Made by a program: the position numbers and the translations under genes | Part shown: positions 51,829 through 63,722 of the stretch, one piece after another | Position numbering within the stretch: position 1 is the first letter of the stretch | How the letters are laid out: every line of letters starts with the position of its first letter | The notes under the pieces: generated by a model | Database searches by the model: none | Told to the model about the DNA's origin: nothing | What the model saw: only the letters and a program-made list of their open reading frames with translations | Assembly: GCF_006345805.1 (NCBI RefSeq) | Contig: NC_043000.1 | Span: forward strand, 17,174,001 to 17,238,000 | Origin: Octopus sinensis | Taxonomy: Eukaryota | Length of the DNA stretch: 64,000 nucleotides | Direction: 5' to 3'

Positions 51829-52859
51829 CTAAAAGTAACAAAAACAAAGATAGGGTGGTGGTGGCTAGAATATTTTTGAGCTTAAATCAACTCAGTCAGA
51901 ACATGGGGTGACGTACTGGCACATTGGTCTGCTGGCATACTGACATGGTAGCAAAATCGTAGCTGCATCGGACAAACTGCTTAGTGGCTTTTATTCCGGC
52001 TTTACGTTCTGAATTCAAGCATCGTCGACTTTGCCTTTCATCCTTTCAGGATCAATAAAATATGCAGCAGTTAAACATTTGGGATGTAATCGGCTAACCC
52101 TTCACCACCTCAAATATTTCAGGTTTCTGCCTAAAGCAGAGAAAACAAAACTGTCTGCTTAGTCAGAACTAGCTTGAGTTTAAACATCAACAAAGCCCCC
52201 CCCCCGAATCCTTGTGTCTTATCATAACTGTGTATACAATTCAATTTGCAACAGCCTCGTGTACCAAGCTGTAAACATATATCTTAAGGTACATTTCCCT
52301 GCGGTCGTTATCAGGAACACCGTACAATTAAAGAATACTTCCTCATATTGCATTGATTTGCTCAACTTCTGATATGAGTCTCATGAAAAAGGCGGTGGCA
52401 ACTTACAATGTACATCATCCTGCACAGGTTACTAAATAACAAAGCTTCGAGTGCTAATCCAAAGACACAAGGATTCGGGCGGGGGGGGGGGGCTTTGTTG
52501 ATGTTTAAACTCAAGCTAGTTCTGACTAAGCAGATATTTTTGTTTTCTCTGCTTTAGGCAGAAACCTGAAATATTTGAGGTGGTGAAGGGCTAGCCGATT
52601 ACATCCCAAATGTTTAACTGCTGCATATTTTATTGATCCTGAAAGGATGAAAGGCAAAGTCGACGATGCTTGAATTCAGAACGTAAAGCCGGAATAAAAG
52701 CCACTAAGCAGTTTGTCCGATGCAGCTACGATTTTGCTACCATGCCAGTATGCCAGCAAACCAATGTGCCAGTACGTCACCCCATGTTCTGACTGAGTTG
52801 ATTTAAGCTCAAAAATATTCTAGCCACCACCACCCTATCTTTGTTTTTGTTACTTTTAG
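51829..52859. repeat. ~395-bp inverted duplication with 241-bp spacer
   Basis: Arms 51829-52220 and 52462-52859 nearly identical; each contains a decayed SINE C. Confidence 0.9.
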
Positions 52860-53539
52860 TTGTGGTGTACACCATCTACTTATGTTGCTTCTTTTAAGAT
52901 GTTAGGGTACTATATGAAGGAAATTTGGGTGTTATTTCTTGTATTTTTAGCAGGTCTGGAGAGCTAAAACCAAACTGTGGACCGCGAGTCTTTTTTACTG
53001 ATACGCCTAATTTCAAGAACATAACGTTTATCAAAATTTGAATTGAATTTTTAAAGTCGTGCGACCCGCTTGATGATGTGTAGCTCACTTCTCGAGCTTC
53101 TTCTGAGCTTCTTGTGCGGCTCACTTCTCGAAAAAGATTTTTCAAGCCTCATCTAGAAGTTCCTTGCGTGAGACAGCTATGTAGGTGTGTGTAGGTCAAC
53201 CCGGATTTTTCGTTTAGCAAAAACTCAACAACATTTATATTATATTTTGCGTGGGCTGACAGAATGAGTGAGTATCATGTGTGGACAATATATCATGAGT
53301 GGACATTTATGCGATCGGAAAATAGAAGATAGTTTGTATATGACTCAGGCATCGCAGTCAAGAGAACGAGGTCAACGTGATAAGTTTGAAACCTCTGAAA
53401 TGCAGCTAAAATAATGAAACTATCGAGTTTAATCTCACACAATAACAACTAACTCGGCGTTCATTTTCCTTTTTGTTATGAATATGAAAGGTTAAGCAAT
53501 TCCAGACTACGTCTGTTTGTCTCTCTGTTCGCCTTTCTG

Positions 53540-53589
<50 letters not shown>

Positions 53590-53733
53590 CGTCTCACTTT
53601 CTCTCTCTTTTCCTCTTTATATATGGGTGTGTGTGTCTGCGTGTGTATGCATGTATGTATGTATATAGAAACACATCATACGCACACATACACGCATACA
53701 CAGATGCACACACGCACTCAAACACAACCACGC

Positions 53734-53813
<80 letters not shown>

Positions 53814-54020
53814 GTTTCTTTATTGGCCACACAGGGCTGCACACAGATGGGACAAGTTACAAGGTAGAGCTTTTCTTTTGGGGGATGAAAAAAACAAAAA
53901 CAAAAGAAACAAAAAAAGGGGTGGCGTAGGTTTTCGATCAAGAGGGATCGTAAAAGGGAAGAAAAGAACAAAAAAATAAATAATTAAATAGATAAAATAA
54001 AAAATTTAAAAATTAAAAAA

Positions 54021-54052
<32 letters not shown>

Positions 54053-54335
54053 TGTGCGCCCTCTGGTATTGCGAGTAGATGGCTTCCAGAGGAGAAGAGG
54101 AGAAAATACCTCTTTTCAGCTCTACAACAATGTCCAGCAAACTGGACTCTCCTACCTTTCACAAGAGATGACACAGGTGGTAGTTTCCCATATATTTGCA
54201 TTTTGGTTGGATGGCGCTTCCACGAGAGATTTTGAGTTCTCATAAGGAGGCGAGTGTAAGTTCCATCCAACCGCCTCTCAAGCTTCTTTGATAACGTCCA
54301 GGTTTCAGAGCCATATAGTAGAATTGGTTCCACTT
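54053..54335 (-). pseudogene. RTE-like LINE 3' fragment
   Basis: EPILLYGSETWTL...LDGTYTRLL...RRVQFAGHC. Confidence 0.8.
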
Positions 54336-54519
54336 TCCTCTCTATTTATTTATCTATCTATTTATCTATTTATTTATTTATTTATTTGTAGTACGCTGGA
54401 GAAGGAGCAGTGCCCATAGCCTTTGCACGTTCTGCTAGACGACTGAAGTCAATGAGATTGCTGTTCATTCAGCTTTAACTTCTGTATGTTGATATTTATT
54501 GGAAAGTGTTGAGCATATA

Positions 54520-54774
54520 TAGGCGCAGGAGTGGCTGTGTGGTAAGTAGCTTGCTTACCAACCACATGGTTCCGGGTTCAATCCCACTGCGTGGCACCAT
54601 GGGCAAGTGTCTTCTGCTATAGCCTCGGGCCGACCAATGCCCTGTGAGTGAATTTGGTAGACGGAAACTGAAAGAAGCCCGTCGTATATATGTATGTAAG
54701 TATATATGTATATATTTATATATATATACATACATATATATATATATATAATATATATATATATATATAAATAT

Positions 54775-54835
<61 letters not shown>

Positions 54836-55085
54836 GTATATATGTATATATTATATATGTTATATATATATATATGTATGTATGTATGCGTGTGAATATA
54901 TGTTTGTGTGTATGTTTGTCCCCCAACATCGCTTGACAACCGATGCTGGTGTGTTTACGTCCCCGTAACTTAGCGGTTCGGCAAAAGAGAACCGATGGAA
55001 TAAGTACTAGGCTTACAAAGAACAACTAAAGGCGGTGCTCCAGCATGGCCACGGTCAAATGACTGAAACAAGTAAAAGCGTAAAG
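54520..55085 (+). mobile_element. SINE family A, full length
   Basis: Head, expanded central (TA)n, 3' half. Confidence 0.88.
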
Positions 55086-55194
55086 AGTATAGAAGAAGGA
55101 GGGGGGTTCCATAGAGATGACGGATTGGGTGGGAATGATTTAGAGCCGCTTTTGTAGGAATAACACAAAGAAAGGATGACGAGAATGAAAAAGA

Positions 55195-55330
55195 CGAGCA
55201 TATAACAACGTTGACATCTCATATTTCTATAATCTCTGATAACAATGTCAGGCTGGTTATGTTTCATTCTTATTTCCGGTCTTTATCTTCAGATTTCCCC
55301 CTATTTTTTTTTACTAGAAACATTACTTTA
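55195..55330 (-). pseudogene. Restriction-like endonuclease fragment of a non-LTR retrotransposon (R4/Dong-like)
   Basis: IKT...KHNQPDIVIRD...C matches the HNRPDIVxxD REL motif. Confidence 0.55.
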
Positions 55331-55347
55331 AATGTCTGCATTTGTAT

Positions 55348-55439
55348 TCATCATCATCATCGTCGTCGTCGTCATCGTCGTCGTCGTCATCGTCGTCGTC
55401 GTCATCGTCGTCGTCATCATCATCATCATCATCATCATT

Positions 55440-55481
<42 letters not shown>

Positions 55482-55626
55482 GTCATCATCGTCGTCATCA
55501 TCATCATCATAATCATCATCGTCGTCGTCGTCGTCGTCGTCATCATCGTCATCGTCATCATCATCATCATCATCGTCGTCGTCGTCATCATCGTCGTCGT
55601 CGTCGTCATCGTCATCGTCATCGTCG

Positions 55627-55660
<34 letters not shown>
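55348..55660. repeat. (CAT/CGT)n microsatellite
   Basis: Direct reading; source of poly-H/R/M ORFs. Confidence 0.95.
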
Positions 55661-56000
55661 TTATTTTTGATATCCAGTTTCCGTGTCACCAAACGGATGT
55701 GAGTTATTTTCCTCTCTCGGATGAATTAAACCAGGCAGTTCCACGGTAGTCAGGTGACAATAATGCATATACGATTATTGCACCTGTTTACAACAAGACA
55801 GACTAAAGTACCGCATGGCACCTACTTACAGATTAGTGTACTGCACCGTTCTGTAGTACCTACCTGGTGCTTAGTGAATTCTACTACGCTGTGGAACCTA
55901 CTAAACAACTTGTAGACTGAGATACCCTGCATTACATACAACAGCTATGTAGATTGAAGCACCTTGGTAAAGCTAACTGGAATGCTCCACTACCTTGTAA

Positions 56001-56401
56001 TCTTTATATATAAAAGAGAAGTTGTGTGTCTGTCTCCTACGATTTAGATTCCTAACTACTCCCACATTTTGTGGTGCAGTTTAACCAAAACCGGGTATCT
56101 TATAGTCGTGATTCATATCGAGCCCTTCTGAGTATTAACGCGCGTCTACGATGAGTCTACGATTTAAAAAAAAATGTACCATCATTTTTTTCCATTTTAA
56201 TGCATTTTTCGCTATTATATAAGGGAAGTAACTCTCTAAAAATGTCTACGATGAGTCAACGATTTAAAAAAAAAATTACCATCATTTCATTTTTTTCCAT
56301 TTTTAATGCATTTTTTTGCTATATTTTGGCTATAACTCTCTAAAAATGCTTATATAGTTATTTCCCTTACAAACCCGAGCAACGCCGGGCGATACTGCTA
56401 G
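56001..56401 (+). mobile_element. Non-autonomous Helitron-like element
   Basis: 5' TC, 3' hairpin plus CTAG. Confidence 0.78.
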
Positions 56402-56871
56402 TACATACTAAATGGTATCGACGTACAGCTAGATGGGATGTACCACCTGGTGTTGCCTAATTACACCTTGATGGAGTTAAGCGCTTTACTCTTAGGTCGA
56501 TACAACACACCAATGCATAAATACAATATCATATTTAGATTTCGATCAATGGGGTTACTCATAAGTAATAAGCAACATCACACAGTGTACTACAATACAC
56601 CGTATCATAACACACCATAATAACGGGAAACTCTAGCCTAATCTTCCATTAAATTACACGCTATCATTTTCAAAATGGTAGGATGTAATTTGAGTGACAC
56701 TTTGGACACACCAAGATGTACAGTTCTCGAGTTGAAGGACGGCGTGGAAACGGCTGGAATGTCCTTGATCATAGATTTGCTCAGACAAGACTGACCCGGG
56801 GCTAAACAAATACAACATATATATCATCATACATGAAACATCATTATATTACACTATACCACACTATATTA

Positions 56872-57010
56872 AGGCGCGAGGTTTGGTGATTAGGCTGTTA
56901 CTCTTTTGGTCGTAATATTGTGGTTTCGATTCCTGTACCGAGCGATAGGTTATGTTCTTGACGAAAACATTTCCTTAGCTCCAGCCCGCTAAGCCAGCAA
57001 AAATGAGTAA
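56872..57010 (+). mobile_element. SINE family D, diverged partial
   Basis: aaggcgcgaggtttggtgattagg...gcaaaaatgagtaa. Confidence 0.55.
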
Positions 57011-57013
57011 TTA

Positions 57014-57044
<31 letters not shown>

Positions 57045-57195
57045 TATTAAAATTCAATTATCCGCACCAACGCATGGTTGCAACACCATATGGTTGTACC
57101 TCCAACCGTGCCGTCTTCTGCTGTGATTTTTGCTACCAAGGTATCGGTTAAACTTTTGATTAATCTGCAACAAGATTATTCATCCTTCTATTTCA

Positions 57196-57234
<39 letters not shown>

Positions 57235-57237
<3 letters not shown>

Positions 57238-57530
57238 TTATATATAAAAGAGAGGTTGGGTGTCTGTCTCCTACGATTTAGATTCCTAACTACTCCCACA
57301 TTTTGCGGTGCAGTTTAACCAAAACCGGGTATCTTATAGTCGTGATTCATATCGAGCCCTTCTGGGTATTAGCGCGCGTCTACGATGAGTCTACGATTTT
57401 TTAAAAAATTTACCATAATTTTTTTCCATTTTTAATGCATTTTTTGCTATTTTTTGGCTATAACTCTCTAATAACTCTCTATATAGTTATTTCCCTTACA
57501 AACCCGAGCAACGCCGGGCGATACTGCTAG
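57235..57530 (+). mobile_element. Helitron-like element with internal deletion, in (TA)n
   Basis: Same ends as 56001 copy, ~100 bp shorter. Confidence 0.75.
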
Positions 57531-57547
57531 TATATATATATATATAT

Positions 57548-57736
57548 GTAGGTCCCGGGTTGATTCGGGGTTAACCACAGTAAATAAGGTACTCAATACA
57601 TAGCAGAGTAAAATTAATTTATTATATAGAAGGAGCTTCTACAGGACTAGAACTGTTTCATTCAAGAGAAATCTTCCTGAAGATTTCTCTTGAATGAAAC
57701 AGTTCTAGTCCTGTAGAAGCTCCTTCTATATAATAA

Positions 57737-57738
<2 letters not shown>
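57548..57738 (+). mobile_element. Fold-back mini-element in (TA)n
   Basis: Perfect 60-bp arms 57617-57676/57679-57738, 2-nt spacer; left arm extends to 57548. Confidence 0.8.
57673..57719 (+). ncRNA. Type I hammerhead motif
   Basis: CTTC-CTGAAGA-tTTCtcttGAAt-GAAACAG-ttctagtc-CTGTA^GAAG; predicted cleavage 57715/57716. Confidence 0.68.
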
Positions 57739-57813
<75 letters not shown>

Positions 57814-57866
57814 TATTATTATATATATATATATATTATTATATATATATTATATTATATATATAT

Positions 57867-57922
<56 letters not shown>

Positions 57923-57948
57923 ATATATATATATATATATATATATAT

Positions 57949-58275
57949 TCATGGCTCAGTGGTTAGAGCGTCGAGCTTACGATCGTGAGGTTGTGAGCTC
58001 GAATCCCGGACCGGGCTGCGTGTTGTGTTCTTGAGCAAGGCACTTTATTTCACGTTGCTCCAGTTCACTCAGCTGTAGAAATGAGTTGCGACGTCACTGG
58101 TGCCAAGCTGTATCGACCTTTGTCTTTCCCTTGGATAACACTGGTGGCGTGGAGAGGGGAGGCTGGTATGCATGGGCGACTGCTGGTCTTCCATAAACAA
58201 CCTTGCCCAGACTTGTGTCTAGGAGGGTAACTTTCTATGTGCAATCCCATGGTCATTCATGACCGAAGGGGGTCA
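57949..58275 (+). mobile_element. SINE family D (long form)
   Basis: catggctcagtggttagagcgtcgagcttacgatcgtgaggttgtgagctcgaatccc tRNA-like head. Confidence 0.85.
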
Positions 58276-58978
58276 TTATTATTATATATATCCTACGATA
58301 TATATCCAGTGGGGGAATACGTACGCCACAGGATATTTTTCTTACTTCTTCTGACTGAGCTAAGTGCGTTTTTTCTCCATAACTTCAATTCCTTTTCAAC
58401 ATGGAGACCGGCAAATGGAATGAGATCCGTGAATGTGAACTACCCGGTTGATACAAAGGTAACGGACAATTTTAAGGTCACTATTAAAAATAAAAGAAGC
58501 CTATTATTAAGACAACATTTATTCAACATAATTTCCGTTGCTTTTTAGAAATTCATTCATTTGTCAACAAGTTTATAAATGCCACACTTGTAAAAGTGTT
58601 TAGATTTCGATGCGAAATACGAATCCAACTCATTTTCAACCTCTTCTCTTGATATCAATCTAAGACCCTTCAAATGTTTCTGTAGTCCCCGAAACAAGTG
58701 ATAATCAGAAGGAGCAAGGTCTGGAGAATATAGACGATGAAGCAATATTTCCCAACCAAGCTTTTCCAAGAAACCTTTGGTCAGTCAAGCTGTGATGACG
58801 AGCGATCTCAGTAGAGATTATCAGAAATTGTTTGATTGTTGTCTAACAGCTCGTAATGGACAATTCCTTCAATATCACCCCCCCCCCATACACTCAACAT
58901 GATCTTTCTTGGGTGAAGTCCTCGTCATGGGTATCGAACAGGTCTTCCTCCTTGACTGATTCGCGACCGGCGGCGTTT

Positions 58979-59357
58979 GAGATGGAAGCACTCCGTCGGT
59001 AACGACGACGAAGGTTCCGGTTGTTCCGATCAACGGAACAGCCTGCTCGTGGAATTAACGTGTAAGTGGCTGAGCACTCCACAGACACGTGTACCCTTAA
59101 CGTAGTTCTCGGGGATATTCAGCGTGACACAGAGAGTGACAAGGCCGGCCCTTTGAAATACAGGTACAACAGAAACAGGAAGTAAGAGTGAGAGAAAGTT
59201 GTGGTGAAAGAGTACAGCAGGGATCACCACCATCCCCTGCCGGAGCTTTAGGTGTTTTCGCTCAATAAACACTCACAACGCCCGGTCTGGGAATCGAAAC
59301 CGCGATCCTACGACCGCGAGTCCGCTGCCCTAACCACTGGACCATTGCGCCTCCACT
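58979..59357 (-). mobile_element. SINE family B inserted in the mariner ORF, 13-bp TSD
   Basis: TSD ACCGGCGGCGTTT at 58966-58978 and 59358-59370. Confidence 0.93.
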
Positions 59358-59994
59358 ACCGGCGGCGTTTAACGTTATGGCAACGGGTCCACTTCTCATC
59401 ACCTGTAACAAGCCTTTTTAAAAATGGTTCCTGAAGGTGTCGTGAAAGCAATGACTGACCACAAACAAGACGCTGTTGCAGATTCTCAAGAGACAGTTCG
59501 TGCGGGGCCCATTTTCGAACCACTGAAACCTTTTCGATCCTTTTCAGTTGGCGTAGAACAGTTGTATGGGCTACGTTAAACTGTTCTGCAAGTTCTCTAC
59601 AAGTAGCGGTTGGATTTTCTGTAACAACAGCTTCCAATACTTCGGAATCGAGTTGTTTTGAACGGCTTTCTTTTGGCTCGTCTTTCAAACTCAAATTCCC
59701 ACTTCTGAAGCGAGAAAACCATCACCTCCAACTTCTTTTACTCACTATTTCATCCCCATAAACTCTCTGAAGAGACTTTGCTGCTCTGCTTGCATTGATA
59801 CCTTTATGAAACTCATAGAGTAAAACATGTCTAATGTGATCTTTAGATGGGACGAACATAGGAGCGAATATAACAGAAGACTATGACCAATGCAATCAGA
59901 ATCTGAAAATGTATAAATTGCTCATTGTGACATTCTTAAAGCAGTGCAAAAGGCACAATTTTAGAAAATACTATCTAAAACTTTACGGAGATGT

Positions 59995-60325
59995 ACTCGC
60001 ATAGCAAGTAATTTGATCTGAGATCGTGTGCTGAAACGAAAACAATTGCAGCGATGAAGGTGTTTATAAGCCATTTAAGAAACACACAAAAGCCGTTCGA
60101 TTCACTTCAACATTTAAGTTTAATTTGTCAAAATATTTTCGTCGCTAAAATCCGCGACCTGTTCACTGACAAAAATCCGTGCTGCACGGATTTTTGTCAG
60201 TGAACAGGTCGCGGATTTTAGCGACGAAAATATTTTGACAAATTAAACTTAAATGTTGAAGTGAATCGAACGGCTTTTGTGTGTTTCTTAAATGGCTTAT
60301 AAACACCTTCCACGCTGCAATTGTT
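59995..60325. mobile_element. Fold-back mini-element, perfect palindrome
   Basis: Perfect 127-bp arms 60056-60182/60184-60310 around one T, extending to 60041/60325. Confidence 0.88.
60193..60242 (+). ncRNA. Type I hammerhead motif with G3-C8 core
   Basis: TTTGTCA-GTGAACA-g-GTCGC-ggatttta-GCGAC-GAAA-ATAT-TT^TGACAAA; mirror copy at 60124-60173 on the minus strand. Confidence 0.65.
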
Positions 60326-61059
60326 ATCTAAAACTGTTTTATAAAAAATCGGTCATTACCTTTGCACCACCCTGATATAAGAGAAGTTTGCTGACAAGTT
60401 ATCACAGATGCACGGGATATTATTGGCTGAAATAAATATCAAAAAGCGTATTCGCGTGACTGCGTCAGAGGTTCAAAATTTGCACTTATGTAATGTAGTG
60501 TAATATAATGGTGTTTCATGTAGGAAGGTATACGTTGTGTTTGTCTAGCCCCAGGTCAACCTTGTCTGAGCAAATCTATGATCAGGGGCATTCCAGCCGC
60601 CGTCCTTCTCTCGAGAACTGTACATCATGGTATGTCCAACATGTCACTGAAATTACATCCTACCATTTTGAAAATGATGGTGTGTAATTTAACTATGGCA
60701 ATATTGGCTTTAAAAAATAGCTTATTCTTGACTGAAAGGTCCCAACCATTTCTCATCTCGAGACCTTTTTGATTTCTATTTTATCCTGGTGGACCTCCAT
60801 AGCCATTCGATGTTTAGAAACTATTTTATAGAAACTTCTTTCAAAATTCCTATTTTGTTTTTCACACATTAGCTTCTATAGGTTGAACTATATTAAATGT
60901 TGGAGAAAGAAACCTAGCTGATTCTTGCAATACATATATTTAAAGCAAAATTTGTTCATGGGCTCTTAATATACTATTGTGGATCCCCAATTTACTATTT
61001 CGTTGCGTTTATCCCCAGGGGCTATATGGATCCCAGTTGAGAACCGCTGTTCTAGACAT

Positions 61060-61446
61060 GGATGGAAGCACTCCGTCGGTTACGAAAACGAGGGTTCCGG
61101 TTGATCCGAATCAACGGAACAGCCTGCTCGTGAAATTAACGTGTAAGTGGCTGAGCACTCCACAGACACGTGTACCCTTAACGTAGTTCTCGGGGATATT
61201 CAGCGTGACACAGAGAGTGACAAGGCCGGCCCTTTGAAATACAGGTACAACAGAAACAGGAAGTAAGAGTGAGAGAAAGTTGTGGTGAAAGAGTACAGCA
61301 GGGATCACCACCATCCCCTACCGGAGCCTCGTGGAGCTTTTAGGTGTTTTCGCTCAATAAACACTCACAACGCCCGGTCTGGGAATCGAAACCGCGATCC
61401 TATGACCGCGAGTCCGCTGCCCTAACCACTGGGCCATTGCGCCTCC
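61060..61446 (-). mobile_element. SINE family B
   Basis: 12-bp TSD TGT(T/G)CTAGACAT with one mismatch. Confidence 0.92.
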
Positions 61447-61759
61447 TGTGCTAGACATACATGTAAGCTCAATACTGAACGAGATCATCTGCTACGACGT
61501 TTACATATATTTATGTGACTCACAAACATATACATATATATATACTGGTATATGTACACACACATCATATTTCTCTGTCTCTCTTTCAGCCCTCCCCACC
61601 CCACACATACTCACTCACTCACGCACGCACAAACATACTCACGTACGCACGCACTCATACACACAAAATCTCTATCTATCTATCAGTGTGTGTATGTATG
61701 TATGTTATATGCATCTATGTATATATATATATATGTGTGTGTGTGTGTATGTATATATG

Positions 61760-62240
61760 TAGCTAGAGATAAGAGCTAAAACGCTCTAATGCTGTAGTTA
61801 ACGAACATGAATGAAAACATACACTAACAGGGACCATAATTGTCCGAAAGAAACCGACCTGCAATTCTTCAGACTGATACATCAGTTTCGGCAATTTCCG
61901 TTGGTTCTCTATTAGCAGCATATCTATTTTCATCACCCAAAATAGTGAATGATTTAACGATTCACTAATGTGTATACACAAATTTAATGTAAACAGCAGA
62001 TTGCAATGCTTCACTAAAATGGGGAATTCTAATTGTCACTAAATGTGACTAGCGTGTTGAAAAACATCTTACATTGCTAGAAATAAGAGCTAAAATGCTC
62101 TAATGCTGCAGTTAACGCACCTGAATGAAAACATATACACTAACAAGAACCATAATTGTCCGAAAAATAACGACCGAGAATTCTTAAGACTAACGCGTCA
62201 GTTTCGGCAATTTCCGTTGTCATCATCAGTTAGGCTAGCT
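61760..62240 (-). repeat. Diverged tandem dimer (316-bp period), hammerhead in one unit
   Basis: gctagagataagagctaaaacgctctaatg...gtttcggcaatttccgttg at ~61761 and ~62077. Confidence 0.7.
62183..62234 (-). ncRNA. Type I hammerhead motif, canonical core
   Basis: TAA-CTGATGA-tgacaacggaaattgcc-GAAACTGA-CGCG-TTAGTC^TTA; 5-bp stem III, palindromic tetraloop, short stem I. Confidence 0.65.
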
Positions 62241-62376
62241 CAGTGTTCAGCTTTTTCGGTGTTCGGCTGTTTGTGAGTGGCTTTGGTACACGGAAACTGA
62301 AAGAAGCCTGTCGTATGTATGTGTGTACATATGTATGTGTGTGTATATATATATATATAATATATATATATATATA

Positions 62377-63088
62377 GCAATAATAATTCTCTAAATGAGA
62401 TATAGACAGTGACTGCTCCATAATATAAGGGACATTAGCCAACTGAATATGGCTAGGGACAGGGCAGGGTGGTGGGGGTGTCACTGTTGCATTTAGCCCC
62501 AGGCGAACATCAACGTCACCAGATAGGCCGACGCCATCACGGCGTCCTCTATCTTGCAAAGGGAGATCATTCCCCAAGAAGCGGATGCCACACACGGACC
62601 TAGGTTTCAAGGTGTATTGCCTATTATCAACGTGTGGTAGGCACCGCTTCTCGACGAACGACTCACCGAGCAAGATATATATAAAGATTTTCAAGTAAAT
62701 ACATTTACTGATTTCGAAAATCTGTTCGACAGCAATAATAATTCTCTAAATGAGATATAGACAGTGACTGCTCCATAATATAAGGGACATTAGCCAACTG
62801 AATATGGCTACGGACAGGGCAGGGTGGTGGGGGTGTCACTGTTGCATTTAGCCCCAGGCGAACATCAACGTCACCAGATAGGCCGACGCCATCACGGCGT
62901 CCTCTATCTTGCAAAGGGAGATCATTCCCCAAGAAGCGGGGGAATGATCTCCCTTTGCAAGATAGAGGACGCCGTGATGGCGTCGGCCTATCTGGTGACG
63001 TTGATGTTCGCCTGGGGCTAAATGCAACAGTGACACCCCCACCACCCTGCCCTGTCCCTAGCCATATTCAGTTGGCTAATGTCCCTTA
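62377..63088 (-). mobile_element. Penelope/retrozyme-like element: 355-bp tandem units plus inverted segment
   Basis: Unit restarts at 62377 and 62732; ~62780-62930 inverted at ~62939-63088; (TA)n on both sides. Confidence 0.8.
62591..62636 (-). ncRNA. Type I hammerhead motif with U3-A8 core
   Basis: CACACG-TTGATAA-tAGGcaatacaCCTt-GAAAC-CTAG-GTC^CGTGTG; 6-bp stem I; predicted cleavage 62597/62596. Confidence 0.75.
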
Positions 63089-63343
63089 TAATATATATAT
63101 ATATTTATATATATATATAAACTTGTGTGTCTGTATTTGTCTACCCACCAACGTTTGACAACCGATCCAATGTTAGAGGTTCGGCAAAAGAGAACCGATA
63201 GGATAAGTACTAGGCTTACAAAAATAAGTTCTGGGGTTGATTTGTTAGACTAAAAGCGGTGCTCCTGCATGGCCGCAGTCAAATGACTGAAACAACTAAA
63301 AAATTTTTTTTTAATATATACATACATACATATATACACACAC

Positions 63344-63344
<1 letters not shown>

Positions 63345-63376
<32 letters not shown>

Positions 63377-63545
63377 TGTGTGTATGTATGTGTGTATGTA
63401 TGTAGTGTATGTATGTATGTATGTATGTATGTATATATGTATGTAAATATGTATGTATGTATGTATGTGTGTATGTATGTATGTATGCATGCATGCATGC
63501 ATGCATGTATGTATGTATGTATGTAGTATGTATATATGTATGCAC

Positions 63546-63576
<31 letters not shown>

Positions 63577-63690
63577 TGTATGAATGTACGTATGTATGTA
63601 TGTATGTATGTATGTACGTATGTATGTATGTATGCATGTATGTATGTATGTACGTATGTATGTATGTATGCATGCATGCATGCATGTATG

Positions 63691-63722
<32 letters not shown>

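Larger units (their letters stand above)
58443..60375 (-). mobile_element. Decayed mariner with two nested insertions
   Basis: HIRHVLLYEFHKG, RKWAPHEL, LVTGDEKW, YSPDLAPSDYHLF; diverged TIRs sharing caaaggtaa, TA on both flanks; ~1.24 kb after removing inserts. Confidence 0.8.
62268..63303 (+). mobile_element. SINE family A split by the 62377-63088 insertion
   Basis: Partial 5' half 62268-62318; 3' half 63124-63303. Confidence 0.7.

Noticed and set aside
55328-55702. Poly-His/Arg and poly-Met/Thr ORFs
   Set aside because: (CAT/CGT)n microsatellite.
57949-58020. tRNA gene
   Set aside because: The tRNA-like region continues into a SINE body with no acceptor-stem closure or poly-T terminator; same for all SINE heads.
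62230-63158. Repeated ORFs MGNDLPLQDRGRRDG... as a small gene family
   Set aside because: They arise from the tandem/inverted non-coding unit and change frame between copies.
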